Shown: piece by piece, positions 60,331 through 64,000 of the stretch
How the letters are laid out: each line of letters begins with the position of its first letter
Numbering within the stretch: position 1 is the first letter of the stretch
DNA from: Squalus acanthias
Lineage: Eukaryota
Assembly (NCBI GenBank): GCA_030390025.1
Contig: CM059432.1
Coordinates: forward strand, 110,486,001 to 110,550,000
Direction: 5' to 3'
Length of the DNA: 64,000 bases
Notes under the pieces: model-generated
Seen by the model: only the letters and a program-made list of their open reading frames with translations
Databases searched by the model: none
Told to the model about the DNA's origin: nothing
Made by a program: the position numbers and the translations under genes

Positions 60331-60831
60331 TTAAGTGAGGAGGCAATTTGTTCAGACAAGTTCAATGTCTGACTAGTAGGAGGTGTACAAGGTGGGCCTT
60401 GACGAGGCAAGGGGAGAAGCAGACCTGTTGATTTACCGACCTTCTTGGTAAGGAAGCGACTCCCCTTCACTCAGCACCTCGCTCTAACAGTATAACTAGG
60501 ACTGGGAACCGTCATTATAGGCATTGCAGGGACAGAGCCATAATCTTCCACTCTGTGACACAGTTAGTTGGCGGGTTTCAATTGCTCATTGGCATAAATT
60601 TCAGTATCATTCATAATGAGATTGCTGTTAATCAAGTGGGAGGGACAGTGCCATTTATTTTAATTGCTAAATTAAAGGGTTTTTTTTAAAGTAAAGATTC
60701 AAGCAAGTGAATTGTCATGTTATAGAGTTCTAATAGAAACTTATAAACATTTCTTGGAACTTCACAAAAGCTCCATCTCTTCCATTGCATTTAAAATGAA
60801 TGTCCACTTTGCTTCCACATAGTGGACATAT

Positions 60832-61515
60832 GATCATAGAATTATAGAAACTTACAGCACATTCGGCCCGTCGTGCCTGTGCTGGCTCTTTGAAAGCGCA
60901 GTCGTGCTTAGTCCTACACCCCCCGCTGTTTGTCCGTAACCCTGTAAGTTCCTCATCCTCAAGAACCTGTCCAACTCCGTTTTAACATTATTTATGGAAT
61001 CAGCTTCCACCAGCTTTTCAGGTCGAGCGTTCCAGATCCCGACAACTCTCTGAGAGAAAACATTTCTCCTCATCTCTCCTCTCGATCTTTTTCCAATAAT
61101 TTTAAATCTATGACCTCGAGTTATTGACCCACTCGCCAGAGGGAATAGTTTTTCTCTATCTACTCGATCAAAACCTCTCACCATCTTGAAAACCTCTATT
61201 AGGTCACCTCTTAACGTTCTCTGTTCCAACGAGAACAGTCCTAACTTTTCTAACCTCTCCTCATCACTGAAGTCCTTCATCCCTGGTAACATCCTGGTAA
61301 ATCTCCTCTGTACCCTTTCTAAGGCCTTTACATCTTTCCTGGTGTGGTGCCCAGAATTGTCCACAATACTCCAGCTAAGGCCTAACCAGCGATTTATAAA
61401 GTTCTAGCATGATCTCTGTTTTTATATTATTTTCCTCTGTTTATAAACCCAAGTAACTCATATGCTTTATTAACCACCTCATCAACTTGCCCTGCCACCT
61501 TTAAGGATTTGTGTA
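60832..61515 (-). mobile_element. CR1 3' part; continues at ~62897-62975 beyond a younger CR1
   Basis: RKDVKALERVQRRFTRM..; collinear continuation ATGGACACCAAGG after 62896. Confidence 0.85.
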
Positions 61516-62896
61516 ACATATAGAGTGGATAAAGGGGAACCAGTGGACGTAGTGTATTTAGACTTCCAAAAGGCATTTGACAAGGTGCCACACAAAAGAT
61601 TATTGCTTAAGGTAAAAAATCACGGGATTGGGGGTAATATTCTGGCATGGATAGAGGATTGGCTATCTAACAGAAAGCAAAGAGTTGGGATAAATGGTTC
61701 ATTCTCAGACTGGCAATCAGTAACTAGTGGTGTTCCACAGGGGTCAGTGCTGGGTCCCCAACTCTTTACAATCTATATTAACGATTTAGAGGAAGGGACC
61801 AAGTGTAACATATCAAAATTTGCAGATGATACAAAGATGGGAGGGAAAGTAGTGAGTGAGGAGGACATAAAAAACCTGCAAGGGGACATAGACAGGCTAA
61901 GTAAGTGGGCAGAGATTTGGCAGATGGAATACAACACTGGAAAGTGTGAGGTGATGCACTTTGGCAGGAAAAATAGTAGAGCAATTTATTATCTTAATGG
62001 CAAGAAACTGGAGAGTACTGAAGTGCAAAGGGATCTGGGGGTCCTGGTGCACGAAACTCAAAAGGTTAGTATGCAGGTGCAGCAAGTGATTAAGAAGGCA
62101 AATGGAATGTTGGCTTTCATTGCTAGGGGGATAGAATATAAAAATAGGGAGGTATTGCTTCGGTTGTACAAGGTATTGGTGAGACCGCACCTGGAATACT
62201 GCATACAGTTTTGGTGTCCTTACATAAGGAAAGACATCCTTGCTCTCAAGGCAGTGCAAAAAAGGTTCACTCGGTTAATCCCGGGGATGAGGGGGTGGTC
62301 ATATGAGGAGAGGTTGGGTAGATTGGGACTCTACTCATTGGAGTTCAGAAGAATGAGAGGCGATCTTATTGAAACATATAAGATTGTGAAGGGGTTGGAT
62401 CGGGTGGATGCGGGGAGGATGTTCCCGATGATGGGTGAGACTAGAACTAGGGGACATAGTCTTAGAATAAGGGGCTGCTCTTTCAAAACTGAGATGAGGA
62501 GGAACTACTTCACTCAGAGGGTGGTAGGTCCATGGAATATGCTGCCACAAAAAGCTGTAGAAGCTACATCATTAAATAAATTTAAAACAGAAATAGACAG
62601 TTTCCTAGAAGTAAAGGGCATTAAGGGTTACGGGGAGCGGGCAGGAATTTGGACATGAGTCTAGGTTCGGATCGGTCATGGCCCTGTGGGTAGTGGAGCG
62701 GGCCCAGGGACCTTGTAGCCTGATTCTGCTCCTATTTCGTGTGTGCAATTCTGTTAGATGCAGGAGATGGTTCCGTGATAGATAGTAGATTGGCGGTTAG
62801 GATCAGATCAGCCATGATCTTATTGAATGGCGGAGCAGGCTCGAGGGGCCGATTGGCCTACTCCTGCTCCTATTTCTTATGTTCTTATGTTCTTAT
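61513..62896 (+). mobile_element. Young 5'-truncated CR1, near-identical to 20492-21880
   Basis: ORF 61525-62658 differs from the 20735 ORF at only a few residues and has the same distinctive 3' UTR. Confidence 0.95.
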
Positions 62897-63893
62897 ATGG
62901 ACACCAAGGTTTCTCTGCTCATTGACATGTTTCAAAATCATGCCATTTATAGTATACTGTCTTTCCATATTCATCCTCTCAGGAACTACCGATTGTGACA
63001 TAGGAAGTGAAGTAAATTTAAAGAGACACTGGCTTCATGAAAATAACAAATCACTTCTGTTCATTTGTTCAGAACTCATGAGGCAGTGAGCAAACTGCAT
63101 CAAAATGCAACGTCAAGTCACTTGTGAGCGACAATAATTGTCAATAATTATGAGCAGCCCTGCTTACTCTTCTCCCATGCTGAAAAAAAATAATAGCCTC
63201 CCACTGCAGGCAATACCTCTTAAACAACAATTGATGCTATCACAGGGCCAAAGTGCTTCAGCTTTGTGAACATCAGTTCAGTTCTTAGGCTCAGAAACTC
63301 CTCCAGGACTTTTCCCTGAGGACGACATGTTCTGCTCAAATAATAATACTCAAAACAGAAATCAACTGGAAAAAAATCAAGGGCATGGTAACATTGATCT
63401 GAATCCTCTTTAACTGACTGATTTTGAAAGGGACCCTGCAGGTGAGAATATCTCTTCAGCTAAACTTTCCACACCAAATTCGAAACAACGTATGCTGGTG
63501 AATTACAGATCAATTGCTGAAAGCGCTTGCAATTTGGTTAGTTACTCATTTTGCACCGTAATTTTAACACATGTGATTCATAGGGATACAACTTCTTTTT
63601 CTTTTAATCCCGATGAACCCTTTGGATTGAAACAACAATGCAAAACCAATAGTTCACAGAGCATGCATTGGCAGCATTGCACATCACTTTAACACAGTCT
63701 CTTCCACAATCAAACACCTTTTTGGAAAATAACTTACTCTGATTCTAAGTCTGTGTGAATATAATAGACTTATCTCAATGGCTCAGAATTAGCAGTCAGC
63801 GATGAAGTGATGGCGCTCGCTGCTGACATCGAAGAAAGCTTCCCACAAAGGTCTCGCGACCTCTGTGGCGAAAACTTTAGCTTTCTCAATATT

Positions 63894-64000
63894 GGCCCGA
63901 AAATTAGTCCTAATACGCGAGAGTACGCACTGTGTACTCTCGCGTTTTAGGTCTCCAATTGCCGGTTTCCAGCATGCACTGCGCATGCGCGGGAAACCGG
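63894..64000 (+). mobile_element. MITE family A, copy 5 (runs off the window; copy-4 subfamily)
   Basis: ATT|GGCCCGAAAATTAGT...TACGCGAGAGTACGCACTGTGTACTCTCGCGT...TGCGCATGCGC. Confidence 0.9.

Overview
Eukaryotic, repeat-saturated non-coding DNA, most likely from a cartilaginous fish. That taxon is inferred from an HE1-like V-SINE, Deu-domain SINE fragments and abundant CR1/L2 LINEs. I recognised no host gene: every long ORF is transposon-derived or a translation artefact of a minisatellite. The window holds many nested CR1 LINEs. One 4.1-kb copy has an intact esterase-type ORF1 and an ORF2 broken by a single 1-bp deletion. There are also L2, RTE and a second CR1/Jockey-group LINE family, SINEs, and two decayed two-gene PIF/Harbinger transposons (spliced Myb/SANT gene plus convergent HARBI1-like transposase). 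About 12 Harbinger-type MITEs (most with 3-bp TSD-type flanks), one hAT MITE, five large minisatellites and a 200-N gap complete the picture. Four observations stand out. (1) A ~760-bp MITE family (5 copies) keeps NRF1/ETS promoter motifs, three co-oriented GTAAG splice donors, an E-box/CCAAT pair and two internal palindromes with compensatory changes; two copies sit head-to-head. (2) A phase-perfect 62x16-bp array upstream of a Harbinger transposase has variants that nearly all preserve forkhead and nuclear-receptor half-site consensus. (3) Some minisatellites were born inside Harbinger derivatives. (4) There is an apparent CR1/V-SINE chimera.
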